Assembly (NCBI RefSeq): GCF_053078305.1
Contig: NZ_CP166879.1
DNA length: 64,000 nt
Strand: one strand, 5' to 3'
Shown: positions 39,756-51,400 of the stretch, piece after piece
How positions within the stretch are numbered: position 1 is the stretch's first letter
Layout: each line of letters begins with the position of its first letter
Made by a program: the position numbers and the translations under genes
The notes under the pieces: generated by a model
What the model was told of the DNA's origin: nothing
Databases searched by the model: none
The model's input: only the letters and a program-made list of their open reading frames with translations

Positions 39756-40135
39756 TCTGCTCCCCCCTCCTCACTGAAGCGCCCGGTCTGGCAGTGTGTG
39801 CAGTACTGCTCCCCATAATAATCGTGGTGACATTGCCTGCAGTGCCAGCTGGCTTTACGTACTACGGGTAAGGCATCCGGGACGAATTGCTGCAGACGTT
39901 TAATCAACCGTATTTCTCTGCGTTCCGGCCTGACATAAGGGCACTCATGACCGTGCTCCGTCAGCCCTTCGTCAGCGTGTTCAAACCAGGGCCGTTCAGT
40001 GTCGTATTGCGGGTGGTATCTGAGTGCACTGCCGCAAAGGTGGCAGGTGTAGCTATCGTAAGGTGCAGTCTGTGCGGTACGGGCACCGGTCAGACGTCCG
40101 TTGCCATCAAGTGCGAGAAAAGATTTTGCGTACAT
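39752..40135 (-). CDS. Cys-rich (zinc-ribbon-like) hypothetical protein, 127 aa
   Basis: CxxC ... CxxC pairs (CHLC, CRQC, CTHC) and WFEH motif. Confidence 0.45.
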   Translation of the reverse strand: MYAKSFLALDGNGRLTGARTAQTAPYDSYTCHLCGSALRYHPQYDTERPWFEHADEGLTEHGHECPYVRPERREIRLIKRLQQFVPDALPVVRKASWHCRQCHHDYYGEQYCTHCQTGRFSEEGGAE

Positions 40136-40507
40136 AGTATATGTTCCTCAGCCGCCAGACGACACGCAGGCAACAGCCGTCCCGGTACGGGCAGCGTGGT
40201 CAGGGTGTGAATGGCGGTTCAGTTAAAATCTGGACTGGAGTTTGGGTAAAGCAGGCTGGTTGCTGTTACAGCACTGTGGTTGTCACACAATGGCCCACTG
40301 ACGTAAAAAACAGTCAGTAAGCAGAGATGGAGATTGGGGGATGTGCTGTATCGGTTGCCGGAAGGAATGGTAAAGAATGTGTCATGGTTAAATCTCCGTA
40401 TGGTTCATACGGAATGGCCACGCCGTAAAAAATGCGCAGAGCCGCTGAAGTGGCCGCCGGAACCGACAGCAAAGATTAGCGCCAGCCCGTACTTGTCGTT
40501 CAGGGGC

Positions 40508-41107
40508 TTACACCAGAGCACATATCCCCGGCAGGGGGCTGTCCAGTCGTGGTCGACCACGGTTACTTTTTTCAGGAAGCCCGCTGCATTTCAGGATGAT
40601 GCCACATTCTTTCTGTTCCCGTTTGGCCAGGTAGCTGATGGCATAGCGTAAATCATTCACCGCTTTGTGATCTGAATAGTGAATGACGTGGTTAATGTTT
40701 ACCGGATAATTTTTATTAAACCGGCACCAGTGGTAGTAACCATTACCATCGGTAACCCGCCTCCAGATATCTCCCATCAATCTGGATACCAGATACGAAC
40801 TCCTGTGGATCTGACCGTTCAGATAGCCCACAAAATGAATGTGAAGCCCTTTACGTTCTGTATATTCCATCACCCAGGCATACCCGACCAGTTTCTCTCC
40901 CACCTCGTTAATCAGTTGCAGCATCTCCGCGCACATGGCGTACCTGCAGGCGCATCCGTAGCTGAATGTGTTTTTTCGGTAAGCAAAATCCATTCTGAAC
41001 GGTAACAGCTTCGAATAGACCCCGAATAATGAATCCAGATGCTGGTTAAAGTGTGTCAGGAGCTGGGGAGCCATTTCGTAAGCGGGATTGGTGTTATAAG
41101 TTTGCAT
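40508..41107 (-). CDS. Inovirus Gp2-like / HUH-motif Rep-like protein, 199 aa
   Basis: HUH-type motif LHIHFVGY and downstream tyrosines (RYAISYLAK); recalled similarity to the Gp2 family proteins common in E. coli islands. Confidence 0.45.
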   Translation of the reverse strand: MQTYNTNPAYEMAPQLLTHFNQHLDSLFGVYSKLLPFRMDFAYRKNTFSYGCACRYAMCAEMLQLINEVGEKLVGYAWVMEYTERKGLHIHFVGYLNGQIHRSSYLVSRLMGDIWRRVTDGNGYYHWCRFNKNYPVNINHVIHYSDHKAVNDLRYAISYLAKREQKECGIILKCSGLPEKSNRGRPRLDSPLPGICALV

Positions 41108-41338
41108 GTTTCTTCCTCGTGTTCTGTAACACAGGAAGAAGCGCTGGCGTAATTTTTGAAGAAAACGTTATCACACGAAGACGTGCAAGTTCACAACTCC
41201 CCGGGCGCCACAGAGAAAGTGGGAGCACACCCGGGTATCAGAACCATACAGAGAACGGCATACGTGACTGTCAATCACAGCGCAGATAATATCTGATATG
41301 ATGTCATTGTGACGACTGTACTTCATCAGAAACATTTA

Positions 41339-41692
41339 TCAGGTAACATATTTCCAGACTGAAGCGGGAACACGATCGTAAAGTTTGTTCATGGTCAGTT
41401 CTGCCAGCCGGTGATCGACCGCAGAGTTGAAGGCTTCCATCTCCGCTGGAGTAAGCTTATAACGCGTGTGGGAAATCACTTTTTCCAGTGTCTCCCGGGA
41501 TGAACAACGACGGAACTGATACAGCCAGTCTTCTTTGGTCTTAACTTCCATTATCCTCTCGTTATTTTGTGCTGTGATTAACGTTAACATAATACCGTCA
41601 GAATAACGTATTCTGACGTCATCCCGGAAGTCTTTCCACTTTCCTGTCTCTCCGGTAATAAAACATTTTAAATGCTGAAGGCATAACGCCAT
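41339..41692 (-). CDS. Hypothetical protein, 117 aa (or 71 aa from MEVKTKEDW)
   Basis: ORF only. Confidence 0.3.
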   Translation of the reverse strand: MALCLQHLKCFITGETGKWKDFRDDVRIRYSDGIMLTLITAQNNERIMEVKTKEDWLYQFRRCSSRETLEKVISHTRYKLTPAEMEAFNSAVDHRLAELTMNKLYDRVPASVWKYVT

Positions 41693-42502
41693 AACCAGAT
41701 ATTACAAGTAACGTGGCGTTACACGTGTTAATGCATTACAGAAGTAACAGAGACAATCAGATAGTAAACAACACTCCGGAAGACTGTTTAATGGCATAGG
41801 TATACTTTTTACGATCACAATATTATATCACTACCAAAATTCATCAGGTGAACTGCAAAAGCAAAACATTAACAGTTCTCCCTCAACCACCGTTATCCAC
41901 ACTATTGACACTGACGATTCATACTCTTATTTAGCCAGAATAGCCTCCACACAACAGGCATTACTTAACAAAGTACATTACAGTCAGTGTGTGTACATGA
42001 CAGATTTATATTCAGGTGTTACGAGATTACATTACAGCAGAGAGAGTTAAGGACAGAGTTACAAGTACTACTACAGAGAATATCTCTGTACAGATACTTC
42101 TATGAGCATATCTTTATGAGAGATCCGTCTACAGGATTGGGTTACAAGGTGGAATTACAGAATTACAGGGTTCATTTACATAACCATACTTCTATAAATA
42201 ATACTAATTAACCTTAATTATTTTTTAATAGTACATGAACTGCCTGTAGCTGTAACGACAAATCACCCAAAATGAAAAATACTGGTTATCACGGTTCAGA
42301 GAACTCGTATAAGTACCTCCCCCCTGAGCAATGCTTCATTTTCTGTGGTTCTATGTGATAGAGTTATGCTGAGTACAGTGGCAGTAACCCTGCTTTCCAC
42401 CACTCAATGACAAAACACACAAAAAATTAATTATATGAATTAACAGTGTTTTTTATGGAATGTTATGCATATCAACCAATATGATTAACAGAAAACTTCA
42501 TC

Positions 42503-43294
42503 ATGACAACACGTATAACTTTCAATATGACCAGTGATGAGACGCTGCGAATTGTGGATGAGTACTGTCATACCCACAAACTTTCGCGCTCTAAGGTAAT
42601 CGACGCATTACTCAGCGCCACAGCACCTGTCCTTAACGATATTAACTGTTATTATCAACTTGCAGGCAAACTGCAGTCACGCTTATTAAATGGAGTGTAT
42701 CAACGGGATCTTCCTCACAAACGCAATGTCGTCAGTGCAGAGAAGTATTGTCTGGAAATCTGGGAAAACAAACTTTTCACCAAAAGAATCCTGGAGTTTG
42801 ACAGTTCAAATGGTGTTCTATACGCGCTGAAACATAAAAGACACTATCGCCGGGATAAGATGATTGGACGGGTTGAAAGCCGGCGTATCAAAGACATTTG
42901 CGAATACCAGATGCAACTGTCCGGGGAGAAGGCAAAATATGCCTGTTTTATTTATATTGAAAGAACAATATACAATCACGATAATCCATCCGGTGAAACA
43001 CCTGTAAAAGCGGCTGTTGGTAATGCAGTCATCCTGCTGGCAAAAGACGTGATATATGACGAGTACTTTTTTGATCTGCGGCAGTCATTTTTCGTGAGCG
43101 TTAAAGATTTGATGGCCTCTGGCGCAAAAGGTATTCCGGAGACACAGAAATATCCGGACGTTTATTGCTGGATCCCGCTTTTCTCCATAAATTCCGGCGT
43201 GGTCATTACCCCGGTCTATAAAATTGATCCCCGGAAACCCGTAACGGTAAAAAAACCGGATCAGATCACTGTTGTTTGTAATTACAGAGAATAA
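42503..43294 (+). CDS. Hypothetical protein, 263 aa, low-GC
   Basis: Long ORF preceded by a very AT-rich region carrying TTACAG-type repeats; no motif recognised. Confidence 0.5.
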   Translation: MTTRITFNMTSDETLRIVDEYCHTHKLSRSKVIDALLSATAPVLNDINCYYQLAGKLQSRLLNGVYQRDLPHKRNVVSAEKYCLEIWENKLFTKRILEFDSSNGVLYALKHKRHYRRDKMIGRVESRRIKDICEYQMQLSGEKAKYACFIYIERTIYNHDNPSGETPVKAAVGNAVILLAKDVIYDEYFFDLRQSFFVSVKDLMASGAKGIPETQKYPDVYCWIPLFSINSGVVITPVYKIDPRKPVTVKKPDQITVVCNYRE

Positions 43295-43676
43295 TTTCAG
43301 TCTTCTCCGTTCACCGCAACAGTGTTTACCTCTGCTTTATCTTCCTTTCAGTAAATACAAACCACAGCTCTGGCAGGTACAGGGCGTGGTTTATCTCCGA
43401 TACTCCCCTGCGCAGTAATAATCATCACTGAAAATACTGATTCCGTCACGGCAAAACGCCATCCCATATTCCGGCAACACAAAATCATCTTCCGTTTATA
43501 CCGGCTTCACTGACAAAACAGACAACCTGTATTGCCTGTACACAACAGTTTCTCTCCTGGCAGGAATATTCCTCAACTTTTTTACGTTTCTCCCCGGTTG
43601 TTATGCCGGTGAAGGTGGTGCGTCGTTTTCATCACCAACGCCGGTTGAGATTAACAACATCCGGAGGAACATTTTC

Positions 43677-43883
43677 ATGAAGACCCCAGTTTCGCTGATG
43701 GATGACCAGATGGTCGACATGGCGTTTATCACTCAACTGACCGGCTTAACCGATAAGTGGTTTTATAAGCTCATCAAAGATGGTGCCTTTCCGGCCCCCA
43801 TCAAACTCGGCCGCAGCTCCCGATGGCTGAAAAGTGAAGTGGAAGCCTGGTTGCAGGCGCGTATTGCACAATCCCGTCCGTAA
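43677..43883 (+). CDS. alpA: AlpA-family prophage transcriptional regulator, 68 aa
   Basis: Characteristic AlpA sequence (LTGLTDKWFYKLIKDGAFPAPIKLGRSSRWLKSEVEAWL). Confidence 0.8.
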   Translation: MKTPVSLMDDQMVDMAFITQLTGLTDKWFYKLIKDGAFPAPIKLGRSSRWLKSEVEAWLQARIAQSRP

Positions 43884-43968
43884 TTACTGACCGTTATCCG
43901 TTCAACCGCAGCGAATACACTATCCGGCCTCCGGAGGCATTCTGCTGCGTGCTAAAGGAGAGAATATT

Positions 43969-44541
43969 ATGCAAAAACTTGAAAACCGGTGTGATCTGCT
44001 GCTAATTCAGCATCAGAAATGGATGGCAAGTGTAACCCGGTTTATTGTCGCTCATGGAATGGGCTCTCCGCATCTTCATGGTTATCACCGCCTGACCCTG
44101 GCTCACTTTTTTCTACCGGAAAAAGGCACCATCATCTCAGTGGCACCACAGGGACTCTATCAGGTCGTCAACCCGGGAACGCCACCGTTCATTCCTGCCA
44201 TTCAGGAAGGGTTAATGACCAGCATTCAGACCCATGAAATCATGCTGCTTACGCATTTTAATCTGGGCGGCGTTTTACTCAGTGAGCTACATCGTCTGGG
44301 CGAAAGCCGGCTGGCAAACAGGCTGAACAGTCTGCTCCGGCGTTTCGAAGATCGCGATCTCTACCACACGCTGATATGGCTGTGCTGGTATGATCTGATG
44401 TGTGCCCACTCCATGCAGCCCTGGACTGAAGAGTTAAAGCATAAATCACACACAGAGCTTGAAAGCTGGGCTGTGGCGCGCAAACGGGAAAAGCGCGAGC
44501 TTGAACTGATGATTGACGAGTATCTGTTATACGCCTGTTGA
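43969..44541 (+). CDS. Hypothetical protein, 190 aa
   Basis: ORF following alpA; no motif recognised. Confidence 0.4.
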   Translation: MQKLENRCDLLLIQHQKWMASVTRFIVAHGMGSPHLHGYHRLTLAHFFLPEKGTIISVAPQGLYQVVNPGTPPFIPAIQEGLMTSIQTHEIMLLTHFNLGGVLLSELHRLGESRLANRLNSLLRRFEDRDLYHTLIWLCWYDLMCAHSMQPWTEELKHKSHTELESWAVARKREKRELELMIDEYLLYAC

Positions 44542-46121
44542 TTCATAACGCTCCCGGGATTCCTTCCTCATCGTTGCACACAACCGGACGGCTATCTGTG
44601 GCAGTCCGCCAAATGACCCTCGCCGCATTTCGTTCTGCTGAAAACGGTACGTAGCCAGTGATACCGGAATTTCCGGAGAGGGTCGCAGGTATATTGCTTC
44701 TGTGCAATTGATGCTTATTTACATTGGATGTGGTTATTTCTGCATCCAATGCTATCGGAAAGAGATCAACCAGCAAATGGTTCCTCAAATCGTATTGATA
44801 TTTACCCGGTGCATTGAGCACCTCCATCTGACACTCCGTTCCCGCATCAAACGGCTGAACCGGAAAACGATTTGCTTTTCACGCTCCGTGGAAATTCACG
44901 AAAAAGTTATTGGGTCATTCATCGAAAAACACATGTTCTGCTGACTGGAGCCATCACCCGGAAATATACGTCAACTGAACAATAACGATTTTTTCTTTAT
45001 GGGATCCCATACACTTTCCCATACCCCTCTGAAAATCAGTCATCAACTCACCAACACATCTTCTGAAATCTGTATTAAACTTATTGCTTAAATAGATGAT
45101 ATAACACATCTTCCATTGCACGGAATCAGCGAAAACTGTCATTCTGGCAATCTTAACAAGATCATTTATCGGTTAATTTTATCAGTAAACAATGGAATAT
45201 CACACTGATAAAATGAACATTCAGGGTAAGATGATAAAATTCACATAAAAAATGCTGAAGATTATTTATTTCATGCAGATAAACGATAAAATACAAGAGA
45301 GTATATTTTTCAGTGTAAGAGTCAATCGTTCATCTCCACTGACGATCACGGTCAGCACATAAACAAAGTGAGTCCTCCTGCTTAGTCATTGCGTATCAGA
45401 AACTAAAAAACAAAAGATTCTGTAAACAACGTGACATTTTTTATGACATTTCCCGAATACAGATATATCAACAAACAGTAGTCAGCGTTGAATTAATAAG
45501 TTTTACAGGGCTATACGTATCTTATAAAACCACTCAACGACCATCATCACCTGACTATTTAGCGGGAGTATCATCTGTATAAATCCCTAAATAATAACAC
45601 CTGTTATTAAAATAAGAATGCTGTCAGCAGTAAATTATTAACATAACACCTGTCCACTCTATCTGTTCTTCTAACTCAACCGGCATCGAAAATATTGCCT
45701 GATTAGTGCATCATAGCCTTCTTTTTTCTTTCCCGACCATCAAAACAAATACAACATTTACAACCACACAATAAAACAAAACTAAAACATAAGATTAACA
45801 ACACCAATCAACAGGAAAACACTGAATATTGAGGTGCCCTGTAACCTGGAGAGCGCATACGGCGCATGTGATCAACACAGCCCATTCTTTTCTGTCATCC
45901 CCCAAATGCAGAACAAACAAGCATAACCTAATGAATATAAAATAAAATATTATTTTTCACCATCATAAAAACATCAATGTATCTTTATATAAAAACACTG
46001 ACAACATGACATAAACATTTAAAAACATAAACAAATCACAACAAAAACATTTGATAATCACTTAGTGACAAAATAAAATTGAGACGATTTTGTTATAAGA
46101 GAGGCGCCATGGAGTGAGATA

Positions 46122-47141
46122 ATGAATAACGAACAGATGCTTATCAAATGCAAAGATCCCCGTAAATGTCGGTTTTATGCTGAATATCTGAATCACAAAT
46201 ACCCCAATGAATTCCCTCAGTTTGCGCCTGACAACCCACAAAACTGTATCAGAAATGTTAATGCGTTTTTAAAAGAAAAGTATTGTAATACTTCAAACAA
46301 TTCTTTTGGTGTTTTTGGTTCGACTGCAGAAGAAGCTCTCAGCAAAGAAATTAATGAACTTGAAATTATTGCAGGGCAGGCAATACTGCCTGAAGAGAGT
46401 TTTCTCTGGTTGAAAACTGACGAACTTGCGACTTTCTTTACCTGGACTACTATTTATCTGTCGAAGGAAGACCATACAAATTTCCCGGAAATAAACCATA
46501 ATTCATCAGGGATAAAAAACGGAATTGAAGTCAGAAAAAGACGAACAGTTACCGATGAAACGTTAAATACTTACAAAAAAAGTAACCTTCCGGATAATCC
46601 ATCATCCCATAACGAACGAATAAAAGTAATCATTTTATATTTTGATTCCTGTCATTCTTTAATTAATAAAAATGCAAAAAGCATATACCTCGAGGAACTC
46701 AGGCAGACGTGGCTTAAAAATAAAAGCGCTTGTCAAAAGTTTAAGTGGCTCCTTCCTGACGATGATGAAATGTGTCAGTGGTTCTGGACAAGACTGAAAC
46801 AAAAACAGGATGAAACACATCCGGTACATAACCCGGTGACCCGGTGGTTCATACCATCTTCAACGAAAGAATATTATCTTGCCTCTCTCGTCGCCTTTGC
46901 TTTATGGAAAGAGGCACCTGATACCATTGAACTGTTCAGAACACGCATAAATCATGCCTGGCATCAAAAAAAACAAAAAGACAAATATCGGAATGATGGT
47001 AAAAAGGCTATTAATATACATATAAGAAGCAATGCGAAAGAAATGCTTGATGAACTCAGAACTGTTTACGGTCTGAGAACAGGAGAGTTTTTTGAAATGC
47101 TGATTACAGAAAAATATCTTGAACACAAGCGAAGGAAGTAA
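46122..47141 (+). CDS. Hypothetical protein, 339 aa, strongly AT-rich (Lys/Asn-rich)
   Basis: Long ORF after a noncoding AT-rich stretch of about 1.1 kb; foreign composition. Confidence 0.5.
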   Translation: MNNEQMLIKCKDPRKCRFYAEYLNHKYPNEFPQFAPDNPQNCIRNVNAFLKEKYCNTSNNSFGVFGSTAEEALSKEINELEIIAGQAILPEESFLWLKTDELATFFTWTTIYLSKEDHTNFPEINHNSSGIKNGIEVRKRRTVTDETLNTYKKSNLPDNPSSHNERIKVIILYFDSCHSLINKNAKSIYLEELRQTWLKNKSACQKFKWLLPDDDEMCQWFWTRLKQKQDETHPVHNPVTRWFIPSSTKEYYLASLVAFALWKEAPDTIELFRTRINHAWHQKKQKDKYRNDGKKAINIHIRSNAKEMLDELRTVYGLRTGEFFEMLITEKYLEHKRRK

Positions 47142-47250
47142 TTCATTACCTGTTACATTCTAAATAATCTCAGACAGATATTATCTCCGTGAATCCCCCG
47201 CCACCTTTCCGGTGCGCGGGGTTTTGTCTTTTTTCACCGGGAATACATGT

Positions 47251-48123
47251 ATGAATCCGTCTGATGCCATTGAGGCAATTGAAAAACCGCTCTCCTCCCT
47301 GCCTTACTCACTTTCCCGTCACATCCTGGAACATCTGCGCAAACTCACCAGCCACGAACCCGTGATTGGCATTATGGGGAAAAGCGGGGCCGGTAAATCC
47401 TCACTCTGTAATGCACTGTTTCAGGGGGAGGTCACCCCGGTCAGTGATGTTCACGCCGGCACCCGGGAAGTGCGGCGCTTCCGTCTGAGTGGCCATGGTC
47501 ACAACATGGTTATCACTGACCTGCCCGGGGTGGGTGAGAGCCGGGACAGGGATGCAGAGTATGAAGCCCTGTACCGTGACATTCTGCCTGAACTTGACCT
47601 GGTGCTGTGGCTGATTAAAGCCGATGACCGTGCCATGTCTGTGGATGAGTATTTCTGGCGACACATCCTGCACCAGGGACATCAGCAGGTGCTGTTTGTG
47701 GTGACACAGGCCGACAAAACGGAGCCCTGCCATGAATGGGATATGGCCGGTATTCAGCCTTCTCCCGCACAGGCACAGAATATTCGCGAAAAAACGGAGG
47801 CGGTATTCCGTCTGTTCCGGCCCGTACATCCGGTTGTGGCCGTATCGGCCCGCACCGGCTGGGAACTGGATACGCTGGTCAGTGCGCTCATGACAGCGCT
47901 TCCCGACCATGCCGCCAGTCCCCTGATGACCCGCCTGCAGGACGAGCTGCGCACGGAATCTGTCCGCTCTCAGGCCCGTGAACAGTTTACCGGTGCGGTG
48001 GACCGGATATTTGACACGGCGGAGAGCGTCTGTGTTGCCTCTGTTGCCCGTACGGTTCTGCGTGCCGTCCGTGACACGGTGGTCTCTGTTGCCCGCGCTG
48101 TATGGAACTGGATTTTCTTCTGA
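47251..48123 (+). CDS. yeeP: YeeP/YkfA/YfjP-family GTPase (50S ribosome-binding GTPase-like), about 290 aa
   Basis: P-loop GKSGAGKSSL, DLPG motif; conserved position upstream of agn43 in CP4-44-like modules. Start set at the first in-frame ATG with a plausible context. Confidence 0.7.
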   Translation: MNPSDAIEAIEKPLSSLPYSLSRHILEHLRKLTSHEPVIGIMGKSGAGKSSLCNALFQGEVTPVSDVHAGTREVRRFRLSGHGHNMVITDLPGVGESRDRDAEYEALYRDILPELDLVLWLIKADDRAMSVDEYFWRHILHQGHQQVLFVVTQADKTEPCHEWDMAGIQPSPAQAQNIREKTEAVFRLFRPVHPVVAVSARTGWELDTLVSALMTALPDHAASPLMTRLQDELRTESVRSQAREQFTGAVDRIFDTAESVCVASVARTVLRAVRDTVVSVARAVWNWIFF

Positions 48124-48241
48124 ACACTCTGCCAGGAAAATGCCTGATTACATTGCGTTAACCAACTGAAAACATGACACAAACACCTCATGCTCCTCCT
48201 GTTTCTCTTGCGTGACCGCCTTGCAATCAATAGAATAAAAC

Positions 48242-48277
48242 GATCGATAAAACAGATATCGATCGTTACTATCGATC
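48242..48277. promoter_or_regulatory. Three closely spaced GATC (Dam) sites in the agn43 upstream region: candidate OxyR/Dam phase-variation switch
   Basis: GATC at 48242, 48261 and 48274 within cgatcgataaaacagatatcgatcgttactatcgatcgtt, about 220 bp upstream of the agn43 ATG. Confidence 0.65.
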
Positions 48278-48494
48278 GTTTATAGTGGTTAATGGTCTGC
48301 GAAAAGGCAGTTGAATCTCTTCATCATGCAGAACGGAATTGCACAAAACGGACTGATACTTCTCTGGCGGATGAGAGAGGGGAAGCATTTATGTCCGGGA
48401 AAAACCACTGTATCTGACCATGCTGTTTTGTACCTGCCGGTATCCACATTTGTGGGTACCGGCTTTTTTATTCACCCTCTGTAAGGAAAAGCTG

Positions 48495-51400
48495 ATGAAA
48501 CGACATCTGAACACCAGCTACAGGCTGGTATGGAATCACATTACGGGCACCCTGGTGGTGGCCTCCGAACTGGCCCGCTCACGGGGAAAACGCGCCGGTG
48601 TGGCGGTTGCTCTGTCTCTTGCTACTGTCACGTCAGTCCCGGCACTGGCTGCTGACACGGTTGTTCAGGCAGGAGAAACCGTGAATGGCGGAACACTGGT
48701 AAACCATGACAACCAGTTTGTATCCGGAACAGCTGATGGCGTGACTGTCAGTACCGGGCTTGAGCTGGGGCCGGACAGTGACGAAAACACCGGCGGGCAA
48801 TGGATAAAAGCGGGTGGCACAGGCAGAAACACCACTGTCACCGCAAATGGTCGTCAGATTGTGCAGGCAGGAGGAACTGCCAGTGATACGGTTATTCGTG
48901 ACGGCGGGGGACAGAGCCTGAACGGGCTGGCGGTGAACACCACGCTGAATAACAGAGGCGAGCAGTGGGTTCATGAGGGCGGGGTTGCCACCGGTACAAT
49001 TATCAACCGCGACGGTTACCAGAGCGTTAAAAGTGGCGGGCTGGCAACAGGAACCATCATCAACACCGGCGCAGAAGGCGGCCCGGATTCTGACAACTCG
49101 TACACGGGTCAGAAGGTCCAGGGAACAGCAGAATCCACCACCATCAACAAAAATGGACGGCAGATTATCTTATTTTCCGGGATAGCCCGTGACACTCTCA
49201 TTTACGCAGGTGGTGACCAGTCGGTACACGGAAGGGCCCTGAATACCACACTGAATGGCGGTTACCAGTATGTGCACAAGGACGGACTTGCGCTGAACAC
49301 GGTAATTAACGAGGGGGGCTGGCAGGTTGTTAAGGCAGGTGGTGCTGTCGGTAACACCACCATAAATCAGAACGGTGAACTGAGAGTACATGCCGGCGGG
49401 GAAGCAACTGCAGTCACCCAGAACACGGGCGGTGCACTGGTTACCAGTACGGCTGCAACCGTTACCGGCATAAACCGCCTGGGAGCATTCTCCGTTGTGG
49501 CGGGTAAGGCTGATAATGTCGTACTGGAAAATGGCGGACGTCTGGATGTGCTGAGCGGACACACAGCCACTAATACCCGTGTGGATGATGGCGGAACGCT
49601 GGATGTCCGCAACGGTGGTGCCGCCACCACCGTATCCATGGGGAATGGCGGTGTACTGCTGGCCGATTCCGGGGCCGCTGTCAGTGGTACCCGGAGCGAC
49701 GGAAAGGCATTCAGTATCGGAGGCGGTCAGGCGGATGCCCTGATGCTGGAAAAAGGCAGTTCCTTCACACTGAACGCCGGTGATACGGCCACGGATACCA
49801 CGGTAAATGGCGGACTGTTCACCGCCAGAGGGGGCTCGCTGGCGGGCACCACCACGCTGAATAACGGTGCCACGCTTACCCTTTCCGGGAAAACGGTGAA
49901 TAACGATACCCTGACCATCCATGAAGGTGATGCACTCCTGCAGGGAGGCGCTCTTACCGGTAACGGCAGGGTGGAAAAATCAGGAAGTGGCACACTCACT
50001 GTCAGCAACACCACACTCATCCAGAAAACCGTCAACCTGAATGAAGGCACGCTGACGCTGAACGACAGTACCGTCACCACGGATGTCATCGCTCAGCGCG
50101 GCACGGCCCTGAAGCTGACCGGCAGCACAGTGCTGAACGGTGCCATTGACCCCACGAATGTCACCCTGACATCCGGTGCCACCTGGAATATCCCCGATAA
50201 CGCCACGGTGCAGTCGGTGGTGGATGACCTCAGCCATGCCGGACAGATTCATTTCACCTCCACCCGCACAGGGAAGTTCGTACCGGCAACCCTGAAAGTG
50301 AAAAACCTGAACGGGCAGAATGGCACCATCAGCCTGCGTGTACGCCCGGATATGGCACAGAACAATGCTGACAGACTGGTCATTGACGGCGGCAGGGCAA
50401 CCGGAAAAACCATCCTGAACATGGTGAACGCCGGCAACAGTGCGTCGGGGCTGGCGACCAGCGGTAAGGGTATTCAGGTGGTGGAAGCCATTAACGGTGC
50501 CACCACGGAGGAAGGGGCCTTTGTCCAGGGGAACAGGCTGCAGGCCGGGGCCTTTAACTACTCCCTCAACCGGGACAGTGATGAGAGCTGGTATCTGCGC
50601 AGTGAAAATGCTTATCGTGCAGAAGTCCCCCTGTATGCCTCCATGCTGACACAGGCAATGGACTATGACCGGATTCTGGCAGGCTCCCGCAGCCATCAGA
50701 CCGGTGTAAACGGTGAAAATAACAGCGTCCGTCTCAGCATTCAGGGCGGCCATCTCGGTCACGATAACAACGGCGGTATTGTCCGTGGGGCCACGCCGGA
50801 AAGCAGCGGCAGCTATGGCTTCGTCCGCCTGGAGGGTGACCTGCTGAGAACAGAGGTTGCCGGTATGTCTCTGACGACAGGGGTGTATGGTGCTGCAGGC
50901 CATTCTTCCGTTGATGTTAAGAATGATGACGGCTCCCGTGCCGGCACGGTCCGGGATGATGCCGGCAGTCTGGGCGGATACCTGAATCTGGTACACAACG
51001 CCTCCGGCCTGTGGGCTGACATTGTGGCCCAGGGAACCCGCCACAGCATGAAAGCGTCATCGGACAATAACGACTTCCGCGCCCGGGGCTGGGGCTGGCT
51101 GGGCTCACTGGAAACCGGTCTGCCCTTCAGTATCACTGACAATCTGATGCTGGAGCCGCAACTGCAGTACACCTGGCAGGGACTCTCCCTGGATGACGGC
51201 CAGGATAACGCCGGTTATGTGAAGTTCGGGCATGGCAGTGCACAACATGTGCGTGCCGGTTTCCGTCTGGGCAGCCACAACGATATGACCTTTGGTGAAG
51301 GCACCTCATCCCGTGACACCCTGCGCGGCAGTGCCAAACACAGTGTGCGTGAACTGCCGGTGAACTGGTGGGTACAGCCTTCTGTTATCCGCACCTTCAG

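Noticed and set aside
41987-42211. 74-aa ORF within the TTACAG repeat region
   Set aside because: It lies entirely in an AT-rich repeat array, has a repeat-derived low-complexity translation and no ribosome-binding site.
48242-48277. GATC-containing repeats, and the TTACAG array at 41940..42200, as possible CRISPR arrays
   Set aside because: No regular repeat-spacer periodicity of 28-37 bp repeats with unique spacers and no cas genes; better explained as regulatory or iteron-like repeats.
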